Position numbers and translations under genes: made by a program
The notes under the pieces: model-generated
The model's database searches: none
What the model saw: the letters and a program-made list of their open reading frames with translations, nothing else
What the model was told of the DNA's origin: nothing
Origin: Candidatus Micrarchaeota archaeon
Lineage (GTDB): Archaea > Micrarchaeota > Micrarchaeia > Anstonellales > Anstonellaceae
Reading direction: 5' to 3'
Length of the DNA: 64,000 nucleotides
NCBI GenBank assembly: GCA_026413765.1
Contig: JAOAKI010000014.1
Location: 38,896-102,895, forward strand
In this document: positions 1-9,138 of the stretch, in pieces
How the letters are laid out: the number at the start of each line of letters is the position of its first letter
How positions within the stretch are numbered: position 1 is the stretch's first letter

Positions 1-626
1 TGACTTTCAAGCCGTATGGCAGCTCGTAATTTGCCTCAGGGCCTGGAAGCTCGACAGCATCCTTTGGTATTGAAAGCATGATATTTTGCAGGACAAGGGC
101 GCTTTTGAGACCAAGCAAAGCAAGGAAAGCGGAGCGCAAGTCTCCTGTCTTTTGGCAAAGCAGATAAAACGACGATTTTGTGTAGGCATCAAGTATCCCG
201 TTCAACCAAGCCTGGAAAGTGCGGTAGCCTTCCACGAACAGCGCCTTCTGCGGATAAGGCTCATTGTATTCCTTGAGCACTCGAACCGCAACAAGCGGGT
301 TCATGAACATGTAATCGTAAAACTCCTTGAGCACTTTTTTCCTCTGCAGGTAGTAGTCGTCCTCAGGCCTTCCGTAAATCTTCGGATCCATCATGATTGC
401 CTCAACCTGCCTTATCAGCCCTGCATATTCTTGCAAAACCGACGATCTTTCCTCATCCAAGTCAACCAGCATCTCCTCCTCATATCGCATAGTCTTCCAA
501 GGCCGCGAAAGATTGGACAAGACTCTCAAGTGCGAGTTTATGCACTGCGGCGTAGAAAGCCCAAGGCCGCACGTCGGGCAATCCATCACAAGACGGCTTC
601 CGCTGTACTCTGCCCTACAACCCATG
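1..626 (-). CDS. hypothetical Cys-rich protein, N-terminal ~208 aa only (3' end lies beyond window edge)
   Basis: Minus-strand ORF with ATG at 626-624 (in-frame stop at 638-636 just upstream) and open through position 1; absent from the supplied track because it has no stop inside the window. Begins MGCRAEYSGSRLVMDCPTCGLGL.. (CxxC pair). The + strand ORF 86..748 is its R-rich low-complexity shadow. Confidence 0.45.
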
Positions 627-714
627 TTTCACATTTCATATTTGCGATTTTTATCTTTATCGTCGCAAAAAGCAGAAGGCCAGCCTGCATTGAGGCTGGC
701 CGAAGAAAAAAAAT

Positions 715-930
715 TCAAGCATTCTTCAGCTTTGCCTTGTATACGTAGCCATCTTTTCCAAGATAGTACATATACCCTTCTTGCTTTGTGATTTTCTCAG
801 TCCCAACGCGCGCTTTCTTTCCTTTTTTGTTGTGCTTCATCGGGGCTTTCCATACATAGCCGTCTTTCCCTATGTAGTAGAGGTACCCTTCTTCGCGTTG
901 TATCTTTTCAGTTCCAACTTTTTGTCCCAT
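715..930 (-). CDS. small lysine-rich protein made of two ~33-aa tandem repeats (VGTEKIx(4)EGYxYYxGKDGYVxKA); function unknown
   Basis: 71-aa ORF with a visible internal duplication in the translation; no homolog recognised. Confidence 0.4.
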   Translation of the reverse strand: MGQKVGTEKIQREEGYLYYIGKDGYVWKAPMKHNKKGKKARVGTEKITKQEGYMYYLGKDGYVYKAKLKNA

Positions 931-1079
931 CTACAAACACCTCCAAAATAGGCATGGGATTCTCGTCGTCTTCTTCGTCGGCAGAATTTATAAATATATC
1001 TACGACGAAAGCTGCCAACTGCGCAAGGCTTCCGAAAACTGTTTAAAAATATCTAATTAGTTTTAAAGAGGGGGTATTT

Positions 1080-2360
1080 ATGGGTCAACTGAATTCCGGA
1101 GCAGCGGTCGTCGCATTTGGCGGTGGCCCATCGCGCGTTGTGAACCAAACATTTTGCTCTCTTGTGCTGCATTTGCAAAAGAGCAAGGCAAAGAGAATCT
1201 ATTCGCCTAAGTTCGGCCTTCGCGGACTTCTTGATGAAAAGAATCCGCAAGTATTTGACCTTTCCAAACAGCCAAAAGATCTGCTTAACAAAATCGCGCA
1301 GCAGCCAGGCGCAATCTCTGGAACTGCACGAAGAAAATTGAACGAGGAGAAAGGCGAGCCAGAAAAGCTCGTGGAACTTTTGAAGAAAAACGATGTTCGC
1401 TACCTTTACCTGATTGGTGGCGACGACACCGCCAGCGTCTGCCTTCAGCTTCAGCGAGCTGCGCAAGCCCGCAATTACGAATTGGCAACTTTCCATCTTG
1501 CAAAAACAATCGACAATGACCTTGAAGGGCATCATCACACACCAGGCTTTCCAAGCGCAGCTCTCTTTGTTGCTCATGCGGTGCAAGGCATCGAAGCAGA
1601 CAACAGATCAACAGGCGGCATCCAATTTGTCATTTGCATGGGCAAAGACGCAGGCTATCTTTCTGCAGCAGCATCGCTTGCAAAATACAAGGAGGATGAC
1701 GGGCCGCATGCATTCTTCCTACCAGAACAAAAATATTCCAGCCTACAGCACTTCTTGGATTCGCTTGTAAGCAAAATAGAGGAAATCTACAGCAAGCTTG
1801 GCAGGGCGTTGGTCATCGTTTCTGAGGGCATAGGAATTACAGTCTCCTCAAACCAATCAACAAAGAGAGTCCCTCTCTTGAAATACATCCTTGAAAGCAA
1901 AGGGGAAAGTGTGGTAGGGGACAACTTTGGAGGAATCAGCCTCAGCAGAGGCACTTCATTGGGGGACTTTCTTGTGAACGCAGTAAAATCAAAAATCAAG
2001 GCAGACGTCCGCTCAACCACGCTTGGTTATCCGCAGCGCAGCTTCCCATTGATCTACTCTGAGCTTGACGCGCAAGATGCCTGGCTAGTGGGCAAAGAGG
2101 CAGTCAACTACACGCTTGATGGCTTCGAAGAAGGCAGTGTTGCATTGCTCGAGCCAGGCGCAATCACCAAGACGACACTGCTCCCTCTCGTAATGGTAGG
2201 GATTCGAAAAAGAGAGATGCCGCAAGAATATCTTTCTCCTGACGGCTGCTTGCTGAATGTGCCACTCTTCAAGGAATACGCAGTTCCGCTGATTGGCAAG
2301 AAAGTCTTGCCTGCACCCCTTGTCGAGCTTGTTCCTGCCTATTACTCATTCAAAACTTAG
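1080..2360 (+). CDS. pfk: 6-phosphofructokinase, PFK-A family (possibly PPi-dependent type)
   Basis: N-terminal FGGGPSRVVNQ, the YLIGGDDT motif and the MGKDAGYL motif (cf. MGRxCGxLA of PFK-A); SD-like GAGGGGGT 6 nt upstream of the ATG. Confidence 0.55.
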   Translation: MGQLNSGAAVVAFGGGPSRVVNQTFCSLVLHLQKSKAKRIYSPKFGLRGLLDEKNPQVFDLSKQPKDLLNKIAQQPGAISGTARRKLNEEKGEPEKLVELLKKNDVRYLYLIGGDDTASVCLQLQRAAQARNYELATFHLAKTIDNDLEGHHHTPGFPSAALFVAHAVQGIEADNRSTGGIQFVICMGKDAGYLSAAASLAKYKEDDGPHAFFLPEQKYSSLQHFLDSLVSKIEEIYSKLGRALVIVSEGIGITVSSNQSTKRVPLLKYILESKGESVVGDNFGGISLSRGTSLGDFLVNAVKSKIKADVRSTTLGYPQRSFPLIYSELDAQDAWLVGKEAVNYTLDGFEEGSVALLEPGAITKTTLLPLVMVGIRKREMPQEYLSPDGCLLNVPLFKEYAVPLIGKKVLPAPLVELVPAYYSFKT

Positions 2361-2406
2361 CGCCGCGCCATCCCTCTTTAATTTCTTTGCCTTCCTTTGC
2401 TAATCC

Positions 2407-3741
2407 ATGGACCTGGGCAGAAGCTTGCGCCAAGCCCTTGCAAAATTCACCGGCGCCTCTTTTGTAGACGAGAAGGCAGTCAAAGAGCTGTGCCGCGAAA
2501 TTCAGCGCGCTTTGATATCTGCCGATGTGAATGTACGCTTAGTTTTCGAGCTCACAAAAAGAATCGAAACAAGAGCGCTTCAGACGAAGCTTGCAGAAGG
2601 GCTATCGCTCAAAGAGCACGTCGTGCGCATTGTCTACGAGGAGCTTACAAACATGATGGGCGAAAGCTATACTCCTCGCCTTTCGCCCCACAAAATACTG
2701 CTCCTTGGCCTTTACGGAAGCGGAAAGACAACGACAGCAGGAAAGCTTGCACATTTTTACAAAAGCAGAGGGCTTTCGGTTGCGCTAGTCTGCTGCGACA
2801 GCGACCGGCCTGCTGCCTTCGAGCAGCTTTCCCAAATAGCAAAGCAAGCAGGAGCGTCATTCTTTGGCATCCAAAATGAGAAAGATCCAAAAAAAATTCT
2901 GCAGCATTCGATGCCGCATTGGAAAGAAGATGTGATAATCATCGATTCAGCCGGCAGAAACGCGCTTGACCCTTCGCTGATAGAGCAGCTCAAAGAGATA
3001 GCGTCAATCGCAAGCCCTGACGAAAAATTCCTTGTTGTATCTGCCGATATAGGCCAAGTTGCAGGAAAGCAAGCCGCGCAGTTTCACGAGGCAGTCGGCC
3101 TTTCAGGAGTGATTGTCACCAAAATGGACGGCAGCGGAAAAGGCGGAGGCGCACTTTCTGCAGTCGCGGCGTCGAAAGCCAAAGTCGCTTTCATAGGGAC
3201 AGGCGAAAAGCTCGACGCGTTTGAGCCATTTGACGCAAAGAAATTCGTAGGGAGGCTCCTTGGCTTCCCGGACATCCAAACACTGATAGAGAAAATAAAA
3301 AAAGTCACCGAAGAAGAAAAGCTTGCCAGCCAAGAAGCACCAGAAAAGCTAACCCTCAAGCTTTTCTATGAGCAGCTGAAGGCAGCAAAAAAGCTAGGCC
3401 CACTTTCCGATGTGCTATCTATGCTTGGCGCTTCCGACATGCCAAAAGAATTCCTCCAAGCAAGCCAAGACAAAATGAAAAAATACGAAGCAATCATCTC
3501 CTCGATGACTTCTCAAGAAAGGGAGGACGCCTCGCTTTTCAGAAAGCAAAAGTCCCGGATTTTGAGGGTCGCAAAAGGCTCTGGCACAAGCGAGCAGGAC
3601 GTCAAAGACTTGCTTGACCAGTTTGAAAAAATGAGCGCGCTATTTAACCAATTCAAGAAGAACCGCGGGCTGAGAAAGAAAATGGAGAAGATGCTAAAAG
3701 GCGCAAACATCGACTTGTCGAAATTCAGCGGGCTTACTTGA
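2407..3741 (+). CDS. srp54: signal recognition particle protein SRP54
   Basis: N domain, G domain with GLYGSGKTTTAGKLA and DSAGR, and a Met-rich M domain (ISSMTSQERED..RVAKGSG). Confidence 0.9.
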   Translation: MDLGRSLRQALAKFTGASFVDEKAVKELCREIQRALISADVNVRLVFELTKRIETRALQTKLAEGLSLKEHVVRIVYEELTNMMGESYTPRLSPHKILLLGLYGSGKTTTAGKLAHFYKSRGLSVALVCCDSDRPAAFEQLSQIAKQAGASFFGIQNEKDPKKILQHSMPHWKEDVIIIDSAGRNALDPSLIEQLKEIASIASPDEKFLVVSADIGQVAGKQAAQFHEAVGLSGVIVTKMDGSGKGGGALSAVAASKAKVAFIGTGEKLDAFEPFDAKKFVGRLLGFPDIQTLIEKIKKVTEEEKLASQEAPEKLTLKLFYEQLKAAKKLGPLSDVLSMLGASDMPKEFLQASQDKMKKYEAIISSMTSQEREDASLFRKQKSRILRVAKGSGTSEQDVKDLLDQFEKMSALFNQFKKNRGLRKKMEKMLKGANIDLSKFSGLT

Positions 3742-4483
3742 CGCCTTCTCCTTGTGTGCGGGCAAGCGCCAATTCCTTTGTAATCAGCTCCTCAAGCACT
3801 TCTTTTGCAATTATTCTCCTTCCGCCAATTTTTTCGTGCGGAATGCGATTCCTGTCAAGGCGTCTCTCAAAAGCGTTCCTCTTTATTTTTATCCCGCGCT
3901 GCGCCAAGACTTCCATCGCCTGGCTTACGTCGTAATAGTTTTTGGCAATGTGGATGAGCCCTTCAATCGCAGCTTTTGGTATCCAGCGCTGCGTGCCAAT
4001 CTTCAAAGAAGGAATAGCATTTTTTTCTATTCTGCCAATGAATGCCCTCAAATTGAGCTTCTCATACTTCTTGAGCTCATTATATGCTTGCTTGACAGTA
4101 TAAAACTCGTTTGCCAGCGCAATCCAGTCATTTATCACCGGCTTTGGTATGACCCTTTTGTTTCCTATCTTTTCTGAATATATCGATTTTCTTTCCACTC
4201 TCCCTCCGAAGGCGCGGAAAGAAATGTCAATTCCTCCCCTTCTTAGCTCATCATAAGCCTCGTCAATCGTATAAAGGCCTAAGTTTTTGAGCCTGTCTTT
4301 CTCTAGCTTGTCTTGGGCATGCAATTCTTTTGCTTTATTGACAATTTCCTGAATATTCTCGTGGAGCTCCTTTTCAACTTCTGCCCTCTTTGCTTTCATG
4401 TCAGAAATCTTCATCGACTTGAGCTTCACGATCATCGGATCCTTGATGACTTTCTCAATCACGATCCTTTTTCCACGAGGCAT
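3734..4483 (-). CDS. DNA-binding protein with a K/E-rich coiled-coil N-terminus and three tandem excisionase/MerR-type HTH (HTH_17-like) repeats
   Basis: Three ~50-aa repeats, each with YxxxEAxxxLxxxGIxIxxRAFxxRxERxxIPxxKIGxxRxIPK (cf. HTH_17 '..rrgelpavkiGrrwri'). Confidence 0.5.
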   Translation of the reverse strand: MPRGKRIVIEKVIKDPMIVKLKSMKISDMKAKRAEVEKELHENIQEIVNKAKELHAQDKLEKDRLKNLGLYTIDEAYDELRRGGIDISFRAFGGRVERKSIYSEKIGNKRVIPKPVINDWIALANEFYTVKQAYNELKKYEKLNLRAFIGRIEKNAIPSLKIGTQRWIPKAAIEGLIHIAKNYYDVSQAMEVLAQRGIKIKRNAFERRLDRNRIPHEKIGGRRIIAKEVLEELITKELALARTQGEGVK

Positions 4484-4638
4484 ACGCCTTCACCCTATAA
4501 ACACCACGTTTTACCATTTTTTCTTTAATACAACTTATTTATAATACCTTCGTCTTGCAGAGAGCTTGCAGCCCAAGCTTTAAATGTTTATGTTTCTTTT
4601 GCAAGCTGCTTTAATTTTTTTTTGATTCTTTTCTTTGC

Positions 4639-5769
4639 ATGGCAGTTCCACTGTGCAGATACTGCAGAGAATGCTTTTCAGACCGCAAGGCATTCAAAGA
4701 GGCACTTGCTGGCGCAGAGTGCGCACTGTGCCGTGGAGCGTTCCTGAGCCTAGAAAAGCTGGTTTCAGATGCGGTTGCCCGTTCCAAAAGCTTCGAGTGG
4801 GAGACTTTTGCGGTCTCCTCTTCGGTGCCCTCAGAGTGCACGCTGAGGGAACAGCAGCTTTTGGATGCTTTTGAGCCGCGCAATTTCAATTCAGTAAAAA
4901 ATATCCTGAACAAGAACCTCATCGCATTGCTTTTGGGAAGCACGAACAAGAAGCACGACCCTCGCTTTCCCGACGCAGTTTTTGAATTCAATTTTTCAAG
5001 CCAGTCCTGCAACGTTTACCCATCAAACATCTTTTTTTTCGGGCACTACATAAAGCTTTCAAGGAATTTTTGCCAAAGCAGATGGTATTGCAAAGAGTGC
5101 AGAGGCAAAGGCTGCAAAAAATGCGGCAACATTGGGGCAAATTTCCCCTCTGTCGAAGAGGCGATTGGCAAGCCTCTTGCGCAGCTTTTTGGTGCGCAAG
5201 ATTTCATCTTGCATGCAAGCGGAAGGGAAGATGTGGATGTGCGCTGCCTTGGGAACGGCCGCCCATTCGTTCTTGAGCTTGTGCGTCCCGCAAAAAGAAA
5301 GGCTGATTTGCAATCTGCGATTGCAAACCTAAACTCCGATATCCGCATTGCGGATTTGAAAGCGGTCAACAAGGGGTTTGTGGACGTAGTATGCAACTCT
5401 CATTTTGTCAAGGAATATATCGCGCTGGTGAGCGCCTCGCGGCCGCTCACTGAGCAAGACGCAAAAAAAGCCGAAGAGCTTTCAGGAGTCTTGCTTTATC
5501 AAAAAACTCCTACCAGAGTGCTTTCTCGGCGCTCGGATTTGGAAAGGAAGCGGAAAATCCTGTCAATTTCTGCTTCTTGCCTGGGGGACGGGCGGCTCAA
5601 GCTGCACATTGTTGCCGAGGCAGGAACTTACATCAAAGAGTTTATCTCATCAGATGGCGGAAGAACGGTCCCAAGCATTTCTTCCCACCTCGGCTGCAGT
5701 GCAAATTGCGATGAGCTTGATGTAGTGCGCATCCACGATTATTTTCTTCAAACAGTCAAAACAAATTAA
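4639..5769 (+). CDS. pus10: tRNA pseudouridine synthase Pus10
   Basis: N-terminal Zn-ribbon (CRYCREC..CALCRG) and the catalytic-region match GREDVDVRCLGNGRPFVLEL. Confidence 0.8.
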   Translation: MAVPLCRYCRECFSDRKAFKEALAGAECALCRGAFLSLEKLVSDAVARSKSFEWETFAVSSSVPSECTLREQQLLDAFEPRNFNSVKNILNKNLIALLLGSTNKKHDPRFPDAVFEFNFSSQSCNVYPSNIFFFGHYIKLSRNFCQSRWYCKECRGKGCKKCGNIGANFPSVEEAIGKPLAQLFGAQDFILHASGREDVDVRCLGNGRPFVLELVRPAKRKADLQSAIANLNSDIRIADLKAVNKGFVDVVCNSHFVKEYIALVSASRPLTEQDAKKAEELSGVLLYQKTPTRVLSRRSDLERKRKILSISASCLGDGRLKLHIVAEAGTYIKEFISSDGGRTVPSISSHLGCSANCDELDVVRIHDYFLQTVKTN

Positions 5770-5793
5770 ATAAATTGTCTTCCTGTTATCCCC

Positions 5794-6678
5794 ATGCTTT
5801 TGGAAAATTTACCTGCCGAGCTTCCAGGGCTTGAAGTGCGCATCGCAATCGCAGTCGTCTTTACTGCCGCTGCCGCTTATTTTGACGCTTTCCGCAACAA
5901 ATGGGTCCCAAACAAGCTCGTCTACAGCTTTGCCATCTGCGCAGTGATTGTCAATTTGATCTTCTACAGCCAAGCCTCAATCTATGCTTTCGCAATCGGC
6001 ATAGCCGTCTTCGCAATCACCTATCTTCTTTACAAGGCGGGCCAGATTGGCGGAGCAGACGTGTTTGTCTTAAGCTCAATTTCACTTTGCATACCATATT
6101 TTTCCTCCTCTTTTCTTGCCCCCAAGCAAACAACCTTTTACCCTTTCATCCTTTCAGTCTTGCTTCCTGCAAGCATATTATTCATTATCCACATGCTGAC
6201 TAGGTTTTTGCCTTATGCGGCAAGATTAGTCATCCAAGGGAAAGTGCGTCTCTCTTTGCAGAGGGCGTTTGGCCCAATGCTTCTTTTGCTGTCCTTCACA
6301 GTGTTTATGCAGGCGTTATCCCTCTTTCCTGCGCCTTTCTCGCCGCTTCTGCTATTGCTTTTTTGGTTCCTCTTTCTTTCGCTGCTCTTCTTTTCGTTCT
6401 TCAAAGAAGAAATCAAAGCCTCTATGGTGGAGGAGCTTCCTCCTGACAAGCTTGAGGAAGAAGATGTACTTGCGCTCGAGCGAATTGACCCTGTGCTTGT
6501 CAAATCGTTGGGTCTCAAGCCGCTGCTTTCGCAAGAGCAAATAATCAAACTTAGGCAAGCAAACCTATCCAAAATCCCGGTTTACACAAAGATGCCATTC
6601 TTTTTGCCATACTTGTTTTTTGGCCTTCTTTTTGCCTTGCTTTTCGGCGATCTCTTCTTATACTTGTTTCCTTATTAG
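5794..6678 (+). CDS. archaeal type IV prepilin/preflagellin peptidase (A24 family) with a C-terminal extension
   Basis: Polytopic membrane protein with the first catalytic Asp context (YFDAFRNKWVPNKL, cf. D..IPn) and a GGADV motif (cf. GGGD). Confidence 0.6.
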   Translation: MLLENLPAELPGLEVRIAIAVVFTAAAAYFDAFRNKWVPNKLVYSFAICAVIVNLIFYSQASIYAFAIGIAVFAITYLLYKAGQIGGADVFVLSSISLCIPYFSSSFLAPKQTTFYPFILSVLLPASILFIIHMLTRFLPYAARLVIQGKVRLSLQRAFGPMLLLLSFTVFMQALSLFPAPFSPLLLLLFWFLFLSLLFFSFFKEEIKASMVEELPPDKLEEEDVLALERIDPVLVKSLGLKPLLSQEQIIKLRQANLSKIPVYTKMPFFLPYLFFGLLFALLFGDLFLYLFPY

Positions 6679-9074
6679 AAAAATGAAGACAACCCTGTCT
6701 GCTCCCCGCCGAATTTAAGATCTTCTTTCGAGTAGCCCAGCTCTTGCAGTATCTTCATCACAGCCGGAAGGACTTGGTTTTGGATGTAATAATTCGGGTC
6801 ATAGTCTTCCGCAAGCTCAGCAAGCGTTGCTTTCTCTGAAATGGTCGCGCCTCTCTTAGTTATCACATATCCAATGACGCTTCCTTTTTCAATAGGCAAG
6901 CCGGCAGCAATCCCCTTTCTTGCTGCAGAAAGCTCGGGAGATATCACGTCATATTTTTTAGGATCTTTGCGCAGTTGCGTATAAATCACAAGCTCTTCTA
7001 TGGGGACGCTTCCGCTCTTTAGCTGTTCGATTACTTCCCTGACGACTTTCACTGCCATTTCTTTGCTTCCGTTCTTCAATATCGCTTCTAGTACTTTCTT
7101 TTGGGTAGTTTTGGCAATATTTGACCAATCTCTTCTTACAAGCTCAAAGCCTCGAATTTTGATTTTACCATCCTGCCCGATCAGCGCATATTTTTTCTTC
7201 GCCCCTTCCGCATCGGCGTTTCTTTTTGTGACAAAAAGGCCTCGCGGATAAAATCCCTCAAGCTCCAATTCCATGTCCTTTGGGAGCTGGCGATTTATGC
7301 TCTCCATGAACGCAAACGCATCCTCTTTTTTCTTTGAGCCCAGCAAAAGAAAAACCGAGTCGGTGTCGCTGTATAAAACCTCGAATCCTGCTTCGCTTGC
7401 CTTTCGGATCGTGTCTTGGATATAGTATCTTCCCCATGCAGTCACCGCTTCGCCGCATTCTCTGGAATACCATCTTGAACGAGGATAGGCAAGATATCCA
7501 TAATAGGAATTTGCAAGTATTTTCAGCGATTGCACCCTGGCAAACAGAATCTCATATTCTTGCGTGTCCTTGGGCATGTTTTTCAGCTGGGCCTTCAGCT
7601 TGCTTCTCATCTCTATCAGCTCTTCAAGCACAGCAGGAATCAGCCCTTTTGGGCTTTTGAGGAACCTGCTGCCATTAGGGGCAACATAGCATTCCGAATC
7701 CGGCACCGAGGAAGGAGGATTCAAAGTGAAAGGGTCTATATTGTGCGAGGTGATGATCGAAGGATATAGGCCGCGAAAGTCAAAAACCACGATGTTTTCA
7801 TAAATGCCAGGCTGCGGTATCTTGACAAAAGCGCCTTTGATCGGCCCAAGCTCCCTTTCCTGAATGACTGAATCGTCAGGCTTGTTTGGTATTATCTCTT
7901 GCCTTTGCGCGCTCTTGTGCATCAGGAGAGATTCGACAAGCTGGCCAGCGGTCGCATTCACGGTGTCAAAAAGAGGCAGCCTTGTGATGTTGCTCATCTC
8001 TATCTCAAGCGGCAAGAGTATCTTTCCGATCTCCATCGTTGCTTGGGCATCAAATAGCGAGTAGTCTGCAAGCTTGCCCCTCTGCTCTTCATCCTCCCAC
8101 ATCCTCCAAATATCAAATTTTTGAACCATCAATTTCTTTTTGCCGGTAAGCTCTTCGTACGCATTTTCCAAACTGTATTTGCTCACCTTGAAAGCTCCTA
8201 TGAACCCCATAAACCGCACTAGCGGATACAAATCAATATGTATTCTGCCCGCGATTTTTGCGACAGTTCTTATTCCATGCCTTTTGATTCTGAACGGCTT
8301 CCCGTCCCTTCCTATTGAAAAATCCAAGCCATTTATGTCCGCCCTTGCTTTAAGATATGGCAAGTCAAAGACAGTGCTGTTGTATCCAAAAAGAACCTCA
8401 ATGTCGTTCTCCTTCACCACCTTCAAAAACCTCGCAATCATCTCTCTTTCATCTTTGCAGACAATTGCAAAATCCCTTTTCACGTCTTTGGTTGTGATCA
8501 CTTTCTTTTCACCACTATGCCCAACTTCATAGCTTATCATGATAATCTCGTCCTGGTCTTGCCTTGGAGCGCCTTGTGGGTTGTATGTTTCTATGTCAAA
8601 AGCCATTGTGCGCAAAGAGGTTTTCCTATCGACCGTCTTTTTTATTGAAACCAAAAATTTTCCTCTTCTTTCATACACAATAGTGGTGAAAGGAGCAAGC
8701 CCCTTGTCTATCATATATCTTCGCCCAAACGGTATTGCATTCTCATAAGAAGGATAAGGCAACGCTTTGCTGATTTTCGGAACATCCGCAGGCTGCTGGC
8801 AATACACTTTCCACAAATTCCGCTCTTTGCCAAATACCTTCCTTTTGACCCATTCTAATTTCACAGGGGCTATCTTCCTCCCCTCTGCCTCTATCGAAAC
8901 TGTCTTTATCTGGCTTTCTGCGCTAAGCGGGGCATCCAGGTAAAAATAAGGAAGGTAAAAGTCATAGAGACGAAAAAAGCGCCTCCCTTTCATCAGCAGC
9001 CTTACTGCAGTCCTTCCGTCTATTATTTTGTAATCCGCATCTATCAGCATCGCCTTTCTTGTGACCGTCTCCAT
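6675..9074 (-). CDS. polB: DNA polymerase, family B
   Basis: Exo I FDIETYN, the polymerase motifs DFRGLYPSII and YSDTDS, ~800 aa; likely start METVTRK at 9074 (the ORF extends to 9092); no intein. Confidence 0.9.
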   Translation of the reverse strand: METVTRKAMLIDADYKIIDGRTAVRLLMKGRRFFRLYDFYLPYFYLDAPLSAESQIKTVSIEAEGRKIAPVKLEWVKRKVFGKERNLWKVYCQQPADVPKISKALPYPSYENAIPFGRRYMIDKGLAPFTTIVYERRGKFLVSIKKTVDRKTSLRTMAFDIETYNPQGAPRQDQDEIIMISYEVGHSGEKKVITTKDVKRDFAIVCKDEREMIARFLKVVKENDIEVLFGYNSTVFDLPYLKARADINGLDFSIGRDGKPFRIKRHGIRTVAKIAGRIHIDLYPLVRFMGFIGAFKVSKYSLENAYEELTGKKKLMVQKFDIWRMWEDEEQRGKLADYSLFDAQATMEIGKILLPLEIEMSNITRLPLFDTVNATAGQLVESLLMHKSAQRQEIIPNKPDDSVIQERELGPIKGAFVKIPQPGIYENIVVFDFRGLYPSIITSHNIDPFTLNPPSSVPDSECYVAPNGSRFLKSPKGLIPAVLEELIEMRSKLKAQLKNMPKDTQEYEILFARVQSLKILANSYYGYLAYPRSRWYSRECGEAVTAWGRYYIQDTIRKASEAGFEVLYSDTDSVFLLLGSKKKEDAFAFMESINRQLPKDMELELEGFYPRGLFVTKRNADAEGAKKKYALIGQDGKIKIRGFELVRRDWSNIAKTTQKKVLEAILKNGSKEMAVKVVREVIEQLKSGSVPIEELVIYTQLRKDPKKYDVISPELSAARKGIAAGLPIEKGSVIGYVITKRGATISEKATLAELAEDYDPNYYIQNQVLPAVMKILQELGYSKEDLKFGGEQTGLSSFF

Positions 9075-9138
9075 CAAAAGGTATTTATGCAACGATTATT
9101 TAATTAGCCTGCATGTAGAACTTTCAGGAGGTGTGAAA
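9075..9138. promoter_or_regulatory. 64-bp divergent promoter region between polB (-) and gap (+), AT-rich with TATA-like TATTTATGC/TTATTTAATTA and a GGAGGTG SD for gap
   Basis: read from the sequence; archaeal BRE/TATA assignment is tentative. Confidence 0.3.

Noticed and set aside
86-748. 220-aa + strand ORF at the left edge
   Set aside because: R/L-rich low-complexity translation; it is the antisense shadow of the better minus-strand gene 1..626.
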